DNA from: Bugula neritina
Taxonomy: Eukaryota; Animalia; Bryozoa
DNA: 64,000 bases
Reading direction: 5' to 3'
NCBI GenBank assembly: GCA_964035545.1
Contig: OZ037765.1
Location: 14,022,698 to 14,086,697 of the forward strand
Every line of letters begins with the position of its first letter. Positions within the stretch are counted from its first letter, which is position 1. Below, one piece after another: positions 25,745 to 40,894 of the stretch. A program made the position numbers and the translations under genes. The notes below the pieces were generated by a model, which was given only the letters and a program-made list of their open reading frames with translations, did not search any database and was not told the origin of the DNA.

Positions 25745-28428
25745 GGGTCATTCCATGCCAACTCAACAAGGTTTTTGAGGATTTTCACGGACTCGTCTCA
25801 AATTTTTTCGGGACTCTAGCATGGTATTTCGAAATATGTTCATTAAAAAATATCAAATATTAGCCCTTAATTCCTAATAGTTTTGTTAATATGGCACTTT
25901 TTGTGAGGAAAGCTTGGTAAAAAATTAGTACTTTTTTCATGGGCTTTGATACCGATGGTCAACTTCATGGATTTGTATCTCGGAAAAGTTTCAAGACAAA
26001 CCTTTCATACTTTTATGGATGAAAGTTCTACATGACTAATCAAATTGAGGCAAAAAATATGCCATAAGTGTTGAAAAAATTTTCTGTTGCATTACGTTTT
26101 TAGGCCAAAATTTTTATTTTTTAAGATTGTCAATTTTCCGGCACTTAAAACTCAATTTTTACAAATAGCTATGATCTTGGTATTTTCAGTGCCTAACAGC
26201 TATATTATATATTACATTAAAAAGTTTCAGCATTTTACTGGCATAAATTTCATCACAATTGCGTGTTGAAATCCTAAAATTATGAAATTATGCACTATTT
26301 CATGAGGAAAAAACTCAATGTGGGTATAAATGAATTTTTTTAAAGTAGTTTCATTTTAAAAATGTTGGTATATATTATATCATATTAAACACTGAACATT
26401 TGTATGTTGTTCCTTCATGGAAAAATCTTTGAATAAATTGACGCATTTTTTACCTATATTTAAAACTACACTTCATATAGTTACTGAAACATGCATAAAG
26501 TTATAAAACATACCAACATTGTTTACGTATTATCTGCAATCATTTTCATAACATTTAAATTTAATTTGGATATCATTAATCATTACACTTCCTAAAATTG
26601 ATTAGGCCAGTTTCATGTTAGGTAAAACTAGTAAACTGTTACAATTTAAAAGCACAATAGATTTAAATCTAGTAAATGAGAAAAGAAAAATTTTATAATT
26701 ATCACTTATTATTGAATGACATATTTACGAAAGTTTGCACAAAACTTTTACATAAAGCCTGAATAATATCCATGAGAGGAAGGCTGCATCATACTCCTGT
26801 AGGTAGTGCTTTCTTTCATTGAATGTAGATGGTGTCTTGACATAACAGAGTACACATTGTTTTGCGTTTTGCGTTTTGCGTTTTGCGTTTTTGCTTTATC
26901 CTTCAGGGAAGGCCAGTGAAATGAGTCCTTTATTAACTGTAAGGGTAAACAATATAATATTCACGGGTACCAGGCACGGCTTTTGCAATTGTAAAAGTGA
27001 GCATTTTGAGACTGGGAATGATAGAGAAAAAAAGTGATAGAGAAAAAAAGTCACATTTCCTGTGTGGGATAAGCCCCACTAAAACAAGTCTTGGGGAGTT
27101 AACAAATGTTTGGGAGTCACTGCTTGCAAATCTGCTTTAGCAGCTTTTCTTTTAATCGTTCCACCTACACCATCACAGGCATTTATGTGTGTGCGTGTGT
27201 GCGTGCGTGTGTGCGTGCGTGCGTGCGTGCATGCGTGCGTGCGTGTGTGTGTGCATGTGTGTGTGTGTGTGTATAGGAGTACATGAGGAGTGGTGCATGG
27301 GGAGCAAGTGAGGGGATACAAATGGGAGGACAGAGAACAATGGGAAATATAATAAAAGTGTGGAACCCACCAAGTGGCAGCATGACAAAATACATTAATT
27401 TAGTCAAATATTTACTCATGAAAAAACAATATGCAAACATTATTTTTTTGAGAAATGAAAATATATATATAAATAAACCCACAAGTGATAATTGTAATCA
27501 TGTTATTTTTCTATTTACTAGATTTCAATCTATTGTGTTTTTAAATTCTACCAGTTTACTGGTTTTTTTTAAATGAACCCAGTTCAATCAATCTTATGAA
27601 GTATAGTGATTAATGATATCCAAATTAAATTTAAATTTTATGAAAATGATTGCAGATAATATGTAAACAATTTTGGTACCTTTTTATGACTTTATGCATG
27701 GTTAAGTAACTGCATAAAGTGTAGTTTTAAACAGAGGCAAAAATTGTTTAATCCAAAAGTTTTCCATGAAAGAGCAATATACAAACGTTCAGTTTTTAAT
27801 ATAATTAAATTTATAGCAACATCTTTAAAATGAAACTACTTTAAAAAAATATATTCATACCAACATTGAGTTTTCTCCTCATGAAACAGTGCATAATTTC
27901 ATGACTTTAGAATTTCAACATCTAATTGTGATGAAACTCGTGCCAGTAAAGAGCTAAAACTTTTTTAATGTGATATATAACATGGTTGTTAGGTGCTAAA
28001 AATATCAGAATTACAGCTATTTGTAAAGGGTGAGTTTTAAATGCCAGAAAATTGACTTTTTGATAAATTACCAAATTTTAGGCCTAAAAACGTAATAAAG
28101 CAGAAAATTTTCCTCAACACTTACGGCACATTTTTTTGTCTTAATTTGATTGAAGTCATGTAGAACAATCATTCATAAAAGTATGAAAGGTTTGTCTTGA
28201 GTCGTCTCCGAGATACAAATCCATAAAGTTGACCTCTGGTACCGAAACCCATGAAAAACGCTCTGATTTTTTTCCAACTTTTGCTCACAAAAAGTGTCAT
28301 AACTACAAAACTATTAGGACTAATACTTGATATTTTTTATTTGACATGTACTGGAATACTCTACTAAAATTTAAAAAAAAACTGAGATGGGTCTGTTTTG
28401 GTCTTGGTTGGTTGGCGTGGAATGACCC
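25745..28428 (-). mobile_element. Internally deleted DNA transposon with ~960-bp TIRs (tentatively Sola3-like)
   Basis: GGGTCATTCC...GGAATGACCC termini, each flanked by TATA. Arms ~25745-26707 and ~27483-28428 are diverged reverse complements. The core holds a minus-strand transposase remnant (ACDGVGGTIKR, AVPGTR, SFHWP) and microsatellites. Confidence 0.85.
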
Positions 28429-29358
28429 TATAAGTAATATAATATATTACTTATAAAACATTACTGTATAAAACATAGCAATATAGCATACTCATGTAAA
28501 ACTTATGTATACCTGCATGTAACTTACCTAATAGATCAAAATGTTATATAGGGTTACATTGTTGAGGGAATGTGTGTTTCACTCTGCATGTTATATTCAG
28601 CAAATAAAATGCTATTAAGAGAAGGTAACTCTAAATTATTTGTAACTGAAATATATTTATAGTCAAAACAAAAAGTTACAGAAATGGAACACCAAAAATA
28701 AAAATTTTGTTTGTACTTATTATAAATGTTATATGTATTATGCAATGTTTTTATTTTAGTGAAACATCAAACAATTATCAGTTGACATGTTTGTGTTTTT
28801 TACTACATAATATGGTGCTATTTGATTGACCAGCCCATACCCATCACATCTCTGTGTTATGTGTAGTCACATTTGCTTCTTCCACATTTGTTTAATCGTT
28901 ATTAATTTGCTAATTATTTACATATAAGGGGCCAAGAAACCTTTTATTTTGAGCTTATATTTCTATATACAGTACTCTCAGAGCTTTATTATGTATATTT
29001 GTATGTAACATGACTACGAAATGCAACAAGTGAGAAATGAATCAGAATTTTCATGTAAATTGGAAAGGTATACATGATATATACTATATTTGTTAAAAAG
29101 ATGTAATTATAAATAGTTTCATACATAAATTAATAAGATATTTACATTTCTATATATCCCAACAGAAATATTTGATACAGAGACTATCAATAGAACTATT
29201 AGCAGTTTTTTAAACAATCAATAATTTCAATACAATTAATTGAATACAACATTATTTTATAGGAAATGTTTAAATGATGATCTTGATATATAATGCAAAC
29301 TGAACAAATAGTATTTAGCAGCTAATTAATAGAAATCTGTTCTCAGTTTTATTCTTTC

Positions 29359-31388
29359 TCAGCTTTCTGCTGGTCTGAAACAGACTGTGAATAAGCTTCT
29401 AATATTTCTAACTTTCTTAATGATGGCATTTCTCATTCTTTTCCTCAAACAATGTGTAGTCATATCTTCTACTTGTGGATAATCAACTGTTATGATCTTC
29501 TCTTTTACTGGACTGAATGTTTGAGTAATCAATGCTTTGCTCTCATTATCTAAAGATATTAGCAAGTCATGTATGCAGGTGAAAGAGATCTGAGAGACAG
29601 TGGCAGTTGAAGAATTCTTTTTCCTACAGCAACATAGTAATGATCACACTTGGAATGCAACTATAATAAATCAAAAAAATATATATCCATATGTAAATTT
29701 GGTGCCTAATTTTGGCAATTTTCGAAATAACTTTACAGTATGTTGCCTTCAATTTCGAGACCCCACTTGAAGTTAAAAACTAAACATGTCTTTTATATAT
29801 ATACTATAACCAAGATAGGTCTGATGATAAAATTCAACAACCATAATAGTTCACAAAAAATTACTTACCAACTTCGAATTCAATTTCTGAAGCAACTTTT
29901 GAGTTGATGACATTATTGTTGTTAAATTCATTCCAGTATTGTAACTGGTTGATGGGACAGACAGAGTTTCTGTAAAATCATTCAATAGGAGTTATTTTAT
30001 AGTACATAATGAGTTTACATTATTGCCAACAATTATCCAACATTCATATATATTTATTATATACATTACAAGTGACAATGTATTAACTGACTATTTACTA
30101 AATATAAATTTACATAATACATGCGATGTTTTTTATAACTGCTGAAATTTATATAATACATATGTAATGAACTATGAATATGACATACCATGGTGTGTGG
30201 TTGGTTCTGGCACATTAGAGAGATCTGGAACCTGACTTTCAAAGTCAGTTAGGTTAGCAATGTCACAGTTATTATTTATATCACCTGCATGAAAACATAC
30301 AAATATAACTTTATATGACGAAGGTTATACAAAACTCTATGCTAAACCAATACTATTACAACACAAAATTATAGAACACTCTATGCTACAATACTATTAG
30401 ACCAAAGTATTTTTACTTGTTACATGTTGTATGATTCAACTTCTTTACTGGAAAGCAGAACAAAAATGGATGTAATCAATAAATATCGTTGTTTTCTTGT
30501 TTTACTCACCAATGCTGCTATAAGTTGTCTCCTCTGCTACAATTGTTATGTCTGACTCTGAATCAAAGTCTCTCAGATCTCCCACATCTACAAAATGTTA
30601 TTTTATAGTCTCAAATCATGAATTTTAAATGAGACTAATAATAAAATAGTTACTCTCAAAGCCAAGATGTTTGTTCATTTTTATATAAATTGCTGTGAGT
30701 CATAATGGAAGTTGTGCTCTCTCTATTAATGATTGCCAAAATTAAAGGAACAAGTCAAAGCACTTAATATATAATTAATGTAAGCATTTAATATTAAAGA
30801 CAACATGATACTGTAACTTACCATCAACAGCAACATAGTTGATACCATCTGCTATTATGGTCATGTCATCATCATCAATTTGTGTGTCAAAACTCAGATC
30901 TTCATATTGACTATCTCTGTAATAATATGCATTTGTAATTACTATGTAGAAACATTATTATATAGCATAGCAATTAAAATAATTTAGTAAATATAAGATG
31001 ATAATTATGTAGCTTTTTAGAATGACATTGCTTTTATATGCTTGATAACAGGATGTATCAATAAAATATGATATCATTGAGACTGACATTCTGTCATGCA
31101 TAAAGCTTTCTCTAACATAATAATTTTAAATATTTTTATTGTGATGAATAAATTATAAAGCTGTTACTGCTGGTTAATTGAGACACTTATGTTCAATTTA
31201 AAATACTTGTTCAACTTACAAACTAAACATAAACACCTTTTGGATTATTACTATTAAGATTACTAGATGGAGATGTATGAATACTGGAAATGTGTAACTT
31301 ACAGAAAGATTGACAGAATCTCACTATCTGCTGATGTTGAAGTTAACGCACAGCTAGAAACATGGCAACCACAATTAGAATCCATCAT
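29359..31388 (-). pseudogene. Orphan gene copy C, frameshifted in exon 5
   Basis: Exons 31303-31388, 30822-30916, 30510-30587, 30189-30284, 29869-29969 and 29359-29549. Exon 5 is 101 nt versus 99 nt in A and B (a TT insertion), giving a stop at the 7th codon of exon 6. Confidence 0.8.
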
Positions 31389-31967
31389 CTCAAGTAGATA
31401 TTAGATTTAGTGAATATATTTTACAGTTTCTGGTATGAAGTTTGCAGTAACAGCTTTCTCAATCGCAAGTTGTAACAACAATGGCAGAGAACATTGCGTC
31501 AAAAGTTGATTGTTGGATGTTATGTAGAAATTCAAATAATATTTTAGCAAAATGTATATATTGCTTTGGAGTTATCGTACCTAAACTTTAACTATATGGT
31601 TAGGCTGGGGATTTACCATATTATTTTTAATATGGTGCATAATAAATTATAATATGTAGAAGTGTGTGATCACTACAATGTGAATTTATATGTATACATA
31701 GAAACTCTGTATGATCAGTTTTTATTATTTGTTATATTTACAGTAACAGTTTTATTATTTTTAACTGTACAAAGCATATAATAAATAAAATGAAGTTTGA
31801 CAATTGAAACCGATTCATAGATTAACACAAGTTCATTGAGAAAAATAACTATTGGTTTAAACGAATTGTGTATTTGTTGATTAATATAAACATAAAATGG
31901 CTTTTAATACCCCGTCACTACATAGCATTTTATCTGTTTCAAAAATTTCTACATTTTCTACTGCTAC

Positions 31968-34900
31968 CTATTTCCACTTTGTCCTGCTATTAGTTTCTAA
32001 GAAAAAAATTATCTAGATAAAAAAGTGTAAATACATCCAATAGTGCTCTTCTTTACCCTCAGTTCTTCAGTTTTGATACTGTTTAGTTTACAGTCTATGT
32101 ATAACCAGGGCAGTATTTCATTCAAGTTGTAGTTGTGTTCACATGGATAGCAGGTCACTAGAAAAATATTATATGCATTTCAAACAACACATGCAGTTGT
32201 GTTGATAAAAATGTTAAAATGTACTGCGGGTAGACATCATATACCCTCATATGTAAGGCTTATTGTCAACACTAACAAGACATACCTGATGAGTATTTTA
32301 TCATCTTGGTGACGAGGCAGTGCAGCCAATGCGTTGACAACAGCAGAATCAGAAAGTGTTCTGTCTAACTCCTAGTAAAGTGAATTCATCATGTTAGGGT
32401 ACATCATTATGATTTTTACAATATATACAAATGTACTTTAAATTAAATAGCAAATAAATAACTAAAATGTAGGTTTTTCAGAATATGTGATAAGAATAAG
32501 CGTCAAAGATTACTTTGGAAAAGGTCGGTCATAAATACTCAAAAGCTTAACTTCACATATCCTCATACTTTGTCACCAGTTTAGCTACTTTTGGTACACG
32601 TGTAAATGTACAATTGTCAGTCATATTATTACTCATATTTGAATTCTGTAGCTTATCAATTTTCAGTGTAAACTAACTTAAGTTATAAACAGACTGAGTA
32701 ACACACAATACTTTTCACAAGGGAACACTTCAGACTCACTGAGTTTAAGCAACACAATGCTTAGTATACTTTAATAAGATACTCTACAATCTTGAATGAT
32801 GTTTTAACAATTTCAGATAAAAGAAAACAAAATTCTAGAATGCAAAAGACATTTAATATTGCATGCAGGCAGATTACAGCAGGCCTTGAATATAGAAGGA
32901 TGGTCTGCTTGGTGATCTTCTATTGTGGAAATGTAATCACAATTATATAATATAACTTAATTCTTTATCACATATTATTATATGAATTATTAGAATATTA
33001 AGTAATCTACCTTCAAGCATTTAATTATATTGTCCAAAGAACATAATTTTGTCTTGACGTTATGCTTTCGAAGCCACTCCAAGATTTTGTCAGGATTATT
33101 TATTCTAAGACTTCCTTTTAAAATCATGACTGGTTGCTGACTTAAGCGAACAATGTCAATTGCTGGCTTCCCAATATCGTCAGCTGAGTTTCCAGCCCGT
33201 AAGATGGTACCATGAAACACTTGAAAGTCAACTTTTCTAGTTCGTACTTCCTGAAGTACATGTAGAAACTCATATTCTACTGGATTTTCCTAAAATCACA
33301 ACAGTAATTAATGTTGGGTTTTACGAAAAAAAAAAGCATGAAAATGAACAACTGACATTGCCATCTAAAGTTTGCATTTGAGGAGAACTGTATGATACTT
33401 ACAAGGAGATCCAAATAACTTAGACTGCTCTTCTGACTTTTATTAATGGCTTCAATCAACACCAAACATCCTGCAGTGGTTATGGGATTATTTGCCATCT
33501 AAAAGTAATAACTCACATATAGACCATCTTTGGAGGAAATTTTGAGGAAACAGACAATGCAAAAAAAATTATAGTTGTGAATTGAATTAATGCTCTATTA
33601 TATTCTATGAAGTAGCTGAAGTTGAAACACGCCTTAGTCTAACAACCAAAATGGTAATTTCAGGAAATTTTACACATTACCAATTTTGAAGTGTTGGATA
33701 ACTAACCTTCAGCACCTCCAGTACCTCGTTGGTACCCAATGATTTAGCAAATCTAACTGCCACAGAATATGTGAGTCTATTGGCTGAGATGTCTATGGTG
33801 GTGAGGTTAGTGTTCACTAGAAGTGCATCAGCTAAAGCATTTCCACCCAACTCACCAAACCCGTTCCAAGATAAATTACAGATCTTCATGTGGACATTTT
33901 CCTGCAGACACATAGACACAGATTAATGCATGATATTTAAATAGTTATTCTTTGTTGTTATTATTAAAGTATAAAACTGCAGTGTCTGTATAAACACGTT
34001 CAACTTAGAGTAGAGCATTATTAAAAATTCTATTGATTAAAGATCATTCTTAGAATGCATACTAAATAGTAATGGTTATAAAGGGCTCTTATCAAATAAC
34101 TACAAATTCAAATACAACTCTCAATGTAAACTTGTATCTTAGGGTATTATCAAAGTGAAAATTTGAAAAAAAAGCTGAAACTATCAACTAAAAAATCTTT
34201 CCACGTTGACTTATGTTTAGGTTTGTTTTTGTTTACATGCTCAATGACCTTTCTCATATATATTAGCTTATATTATATCTATCACTATCCATATATTATT
34301 TAGTTACACCTCTTCACATGCACCCTGGAATATTGCGACTGTATGTATACTCATATTTGAAAGTAGTATATAAGGTAAGTAATGAGTTGGATGCTCCAAC
34401 TAAAAATTAAAGGCCAAAAGAATTTTTAGCAAGCCTTGATTGAGATAGAACACTGAATAAATACAATTATGTCAAACATAACAATAAATAGTATTTGAAA
34501 AAATGAATAAATAGTATTTATATACTTTGAGTCCAGTGGCAATGGCTACAGCACCACAACCTCTGATCTGATTCCAAGAGAGATCCAGGATGTCTAAGTA
34601 CACGTTGGTACTAAGTGCTGGTCCTAAGATAACTCCTGCTGTTCCACCCAGTTTGTTATGACACAGGCTGAGAGCTGTGAGCTTGCAGTCCTACACAGTT
34701 ACATATACACACATTTCTAACTTAATCCTTTCAACTTTTAAGTTTGAAAAAATACGTATAAACACTGTGCTCTCTGCTCTCAGTTGAAATTTTAGAGAAC
34801 CGTTTTAGATGAAAACATTTTTTGCACTATGAACTTAGCTGTGAACAGAACCATTATAAAACCAAATATCTTTGATTTGTAGCATAAGGTGTCAGCCAAT

Positions 34901-37900
34901 TTATGTCATGTAATGAGTTTACCTCTAAACAGTCGGCAAGAATGTAAGCCGACCTGTCAGTGAATCCATTAGAACCCAGAGATAAAGTCTTTAGAGTGCT
35001 GTTCTGAGACAGTAAGTCAGCAAGTGAGGTGATGCACTGGTCTGTCAGCCCATTCTCATCTATATTCTGGGAAATAATCACAGCAGCAATGAACTGGAAA
35101 ATCTTTCATATTTTAGTGCACGACAGAAAAAGATATTTAATTGACCCGTCTTTAACTGATTTTCTGAAAAAAATTATGGAAATAAAAAAGCTACTTTACA
35201 AAATGCTGCCTTTAAATTGTAAACTTTTTGGGATGAAAATTTGTTCCAAGTTGCTCGAATTTTAGTTGGCAAATATCATATGTAAAGTTGCTGCTAATCT
35301 AATTTAATTTTTTTTAAATCTTAGCTTCAAATTGTGTTTATGCATATATTATGTACTGTAAGGTCAAATAAAAACATGACTGCAACAAATGTTATGATGT
35401 CTCTTACCAGTTCTTTGAGCGATTTATTGTCAATGAGTAGATCACAGAGGAGCTGGAAACCCTTGTTCTGTATGCAGTTGCCTTCCAGATCTAGTCGTTC
35501 AACATTCAACATATCCTATATATACAAAACTGTTTAGTTTACTCTATATTGAATTATGAAACAATTAGGCGACATACTTATGTTTGTTCATAATTTCAAA
35601 ATTGTCAATTACTAATTTATGTTGATTATTTTTAATGGCACGATTATAAGATTATAAAATGGCTTCTGCGCTTATACTGCAAAACTCATAGTAGATAATA
35701 ATTAAACACCACTTGACATGAACATCACTTTAAACAAATTAATCTTCCTACTAGGCTAGACACCTATAGATACGTCTCTATCTGGTATGCTGCTCTATGG
35801 AATGGCTGCCACTAGGAACAAGCTAATCGTTGACATATCTTATTTTATCAAAGTGAACGTCCTATAATCTTCGAACAATACATGTATCATGAATGAGAGG
35901 CTCATTTAACAAACAGACCAGATAAAAAAAAATTCTGTAGAAAAAGACTCTAGATAGAAAGTCTTCTAAGATAAGCAAAGCCTAGAGCTATGCTAACAAA
36001 ATGGCTTCAAAACCAGAGTTAACTTTTCTGACATGACAATTTACATGTTACATGTTACATTTACATCCATCAACACTGCAGGCATCTCGGCTCAATATAG
36101 ACCAATTAAGAAATGGTTATACAATTAACTTCATTTTGTATATGAATACTACTGACAGGTGAACACTTGATGTAGCCTATAAATTACTGCAGTGATAACT
36201 TTAAGGTTATATAATGACTGTGCTGACTCACTCTTAAAGATTTAAAGATGGCAGCTGTCTCAGTTGATGTGAGACTATGGTACTTGAGAGATATAGATGG
36301 TTCTTCCATGTGTCTAACAAAGTGTGACACCGGCGTGACATTAAGTCTTTTGCATATCTGAGTGTACAAGTGTTGACTGCTGTAATCTATGCTGCTTTCA
36401 TCTTCATCTGAAAATATCAGTTTGAAAATGCAAAGAGATTTATAAATGCCCTTACAGACTTTATTTCTATCTGTGTTCAGATCTGTTAATCGCTAGAGTT
36501 TGTGAGTGCGCAGAAACTAGCCATGATGAGACAAACACCAATATTTGGATAAGTTATCAAGACATCATAACCATAAAACTGAACAGAGGTTTGAAACAGT
36601 ATACCCAGGTATTAGAGACCAAACTATGTCTGCGGCAGCTTTTTTAAAATGATCTCTAAAAACTAATTTATTTGACTGCAGCATTTAATAATTATAGATA
36701 AAAAGCAGATTTAAATTAAATCAACTATTGGTTGTTGTAATGTTACGAAATAGGATGTTTACAGGTATTATAACTTGTAGTACAATCACACACAATCACA
36801 ATGTCATCAACCTCAAATTAGCCTAACCACTAGCTGCTAGTAGTCTACCTAATGCTTCTTTAATTACTACCCCAAAACAGTAGCTACGCATGTAGAATGA
36901 TTCATAGTCAGCAGTTGTGCTTGCATCAGCTGTGATGTCACACATGCTTGTTTACTTCAGCCCACTTCTTGAAACAGTAAGATCCTACCCCAAAATAGTA
37001 AATTGTAAAATCATACCTCTTACAACACAATAATGTTTATCAAATGGATTAGTATATAAGACAAAACCATTTTTAGTAGTTGCAATATTGTTAGAGTCAT
37101 GCTGTCAGTTTGGACAGCATCAAATTTATGTAAGACTACTAAAGAGTAGCATTATTTGAAAGACTGTGCAAAGCCACAGCATTAACATAACAGTAGACTA
37201 GGAGAGAGAGAAAAGAGTTTTTACGGTCAGTGTTTGGTCAGCATTTGGTCAGTATTTGGTGACTCAAATAAACTCTGATCACGTCTAAAACCCTCCCTAT
37301 TCCTAGTCAGGCTGTATAAGCTAGAGTGTCACTCTAAAGCAAGAGTCATAGCAAAGAGTGTCAGTCTATAGTTGTCAACACTGACTATAACCATGGAAAC
37401 TTTCAACTATTATTAATTCCATTACTCTATTGGCTGCTCTGTTAATTATATATGTATCAGATTTATAGATAGAGTCAACAATAACAACTATTTTTAAATT
37501 GCCGAGAGTCTTATGAAACGCTACACAAAAACAAGAAAAAGAATTTTTTCATAAAACTACGCAACACTTATTAAGTTTATCTAAAACAAAATTTTAACAT
37601 GAATAAAATTGTCAACAGTTTTAAAATATTACACTTGCTTCAATTATCGATAAATTAATGGAACAAGATTTAGATAAACTTCAGGAGAACATTTTCATTG
37701 AGCAAACATAAAAACCCTGTTTCACTATAACAATGTTTTATGTCTTATAACTTTATTTTAAAAATAGTAGTGAAGTCTTGATAATAATCTTATTACCAGC
37801 TGAGTATACTAAGTATGAGGTATGTGCAGTGATGAGGATATTGAGAAATTAAACCCTATCTTTCCTATTATTGGGCCTAGGTGGTGAGATGCAGCATAAG

Positions 37901-38928
37901 AAGTTTAGAGAGAATTTCAACTTGTTTTCAAATTAGAATCTCTTGACAAATTGAAGAGTTTTAGCCGTTTAAGCTTTTCTACTATTGCACCTAAATAGGC
38001 CACTTTTTATAATATGATAATAAAATTCTGGTGGCTTACAATTAAATAAGTAGTTTCTAATTGATGAATAATTCTTGCATGTAGCAGGCTTGCAATAGCA
38101 ATAAGCCATTTTGCTAATGGCACAGGCTGTGGCCAGCCATTCATATGCAGTGACAAAGTGCATACAGTCTACATGCTAATCACTAGGCAGGAATATAGAA
38201 TTTACCATCATTCTCGAGATCAGTATCCCAATGTTCGGAGTTGAATATATCCAATGGTTTAGTACATCCTGATAAGTATTTCTCTTCTCCAACTTCACAT
38301 CTTCCAAATCGTATATAAGATCTGTTAGGCTATAGAAGATAAAATATTTACTAACTTCTAATAAGTTTGACATACCCACGAGTAGGTCAAGAACTTTATG
38401 CCACATTACATCTATATAATAGTTGACGAGATATGAATTTAGAGCCAGAAATCAACAAAGGAAATATTTTAAAGTTTGCAATCAAAATTTACTTACTGCC
38501 GTGGCTAATATTTCCTTCAACTCTGTAATAAGACAATCATCAAAAACTTCCTCTTGATCACCTGGTGTCGCAGAAGAAAGTTCGACATCACCCGAAACAT
38601 GGCAAGGAGTTTTGCCAGTGATGGGGCGAGAGAAGTTTGGCCTAACATCACCCTACAGTTGAGCCAGTATTATTATATGTTAAATAATACTTATTCATTG
38701 TGGCCATATAGTTATTAGCAGTGGCCGTTCTTAACTAATGTTTTAAAAAAGCATCTCAGGTAATTTGGTATTATCATTTTGAAAAGGTTTCCAAGATGTA
38801 GAAAATTATGAAGTTACTAATTATAAAAGTATAAGAAAAATTACCTGCTTAGGAATAGGAGTTGGCAATTCCGATTGACCAGATGATGCACTAGCTAGTT
38901 CAGTCTCTTCACCAGAGGAATCTGCCAT
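31968..38928 (-). CDS. LRRC74A: Leucine-rich repeat protein, LRRC74A-like
   Basis: Phase-compatible exons 38845-38928, 38497-38652, 38206-38329 (WDTDLE), 36232-36407 (Y..ICKRLNVTPVSHF), 35408-35515, 34923-35066, 34526-34690, 33707-33901, 33403-33498, 33011-33289 and ~32286-32371. RI-type LRRs (LDLSWN, CNLSWNGFG). The last exon and stop are uncertain. Confidence 0.82.
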
Positions 38929-40894
38929 GTATTTTATTTTGTACTCTTTTGAACCAGGAGTATGGGAGGTAAACTAGTGGATAATCAATTTCTAAAGTTG
39001 CACTGGTGCTAAAGTCTTATCCAAATTAAAACTCAGACAAAGGTCTGTGCAAAGAGTCTGCAAAAAAACTTATATTTAACTATTTCAACAAACAGCTTGT
39101 AATTCCAAGTTCAATAACTTGAACAGCAATGCCAGACTTTTTACCCAAAAACTGTATGCATATAATAAAACGGAATATTGTTCATTGATGAAATTATCAA
39201 CACATGATAGGATTGCTACTCTATGGACTAGGTAAAGTTCACACTATGCTGCATGGCTAGCATAATATACCAATTACTACAAGATGTCATATTAACTTAT
39301 CTTCTTCATGTTGGAGTACACATACATGATGATTTGATGCACTATAACTGCTACATGCAAAGTTCACAGAAGTCTGAAGGCCGCATAGTTCACACATTGT
39401 AACATGTCTTATAGAGAAAGCAACACTGTTCCATGTTGTGATACAGTTTTCATCTGCATTCTGAAGGCTAAACACTAGTAAATATAACCAGTAAAATTGT
39501 ATCTTACTGTAACTCAAGATAATAATGAACCTACCTAACTGAAGTGCTGCCACAATGTTTAAACATGTAAAACATGGGATTAAAATAATTTACGTAACAA
39601 TAGCTTTTATAAATGGTTGTTAGGCTAATATTTTTTAATAACACTAATTGGCTTTTGTTATAGTGGCTGCACACAATAGAGTATCAATGTTTACATTTTC
39701 CGTTTAGCTAACAAAAAGGCTCTTACAAAGGAAAACAAGGGGAAATAAATCCCAAACCCAAGAATTACTTAGGAAATATGCCTATGAACCATTTGCAGCA
39801 AGTAGGGATCTTAACCATACTGTATTTTATATAACTTACTATTAACAGGTCAAAGATCATAGTGAATACACATTTCGTAATAAAGTATTGTAAAATTTCG
39901 TTGACAAAACAGTGTGCAACATTGTTCCTCAGCTATATAAATTAATGGCATCATTGATCAAATATTTAGATCTTTTCCTTTGTATCACACAAACAGTTTA
40001 CAGTGCCAAGGAAACTTTCTAAATTCAACTTTTTCCCAGCAAGACATGTTTACTTTCAGTGAAGACAAGGGGCCCATGGTTAGAAGACTACAAGACTGAC
40101 AGCACATCCTCAACTAAGACTTTAATTGCTTTATTATAACTACATATATCTTACTTTCTAAGCAAACCTGCAGTAAATCATGATGCAAACAAAAATCTGA
40201 TTGGCTGACTGACTAGTAATGCTCATGGCTTTACAATTAAACGACTGATGGGTGCATTAGAAGCAGCCATACCGTATTATTCTTAGAGCACCTCCTAAGG
40301 AGTGGTTATTGTGAAAGCTAGTTGCTTATTGTAAAGGTGGGAGCAATTAATTCAAGGATAATTACACAATATTCTCCAATTAAGAACTTTTATTGCAATT
40401 GAATTGATAACTAGAATTTCAATGCTGCCAAGGCAAGTGTCACAAGAAAACAAAATATTAAAAAAAAAAACAAATCAACATCAACAAATAAAAAAATCTT
40501 TTGTTTCATTACCCACTTTCACATGCAGCTACAATGAGAAGAAGAGATCAAACTTAGTCTTCTTGCGCCCTAATGACTGATTTCTCTGATGTGTGTATAA
40601 GTAGGTGAGACACCAGGGTCTATACCACCAAATTTAAATGATGTTAACTATATCCACGTAGCACAGCTGATATATTATACATTATATAATAACTGATATA
40701 TTATACGTATAATAGCTGATATATTATATTATAAGTTACTGCTAATACATTTTACATACACTCTATTAAACGTATAACATATATTGCAGCTGATAGAGGT
40801 ATTGCAAATACAATAGCCAATACATATATAGAATATAGCTGTAGAATTCAACTAACCATTGTAAGCATGCCCAGATCTGGTATAAGGAGAGATA

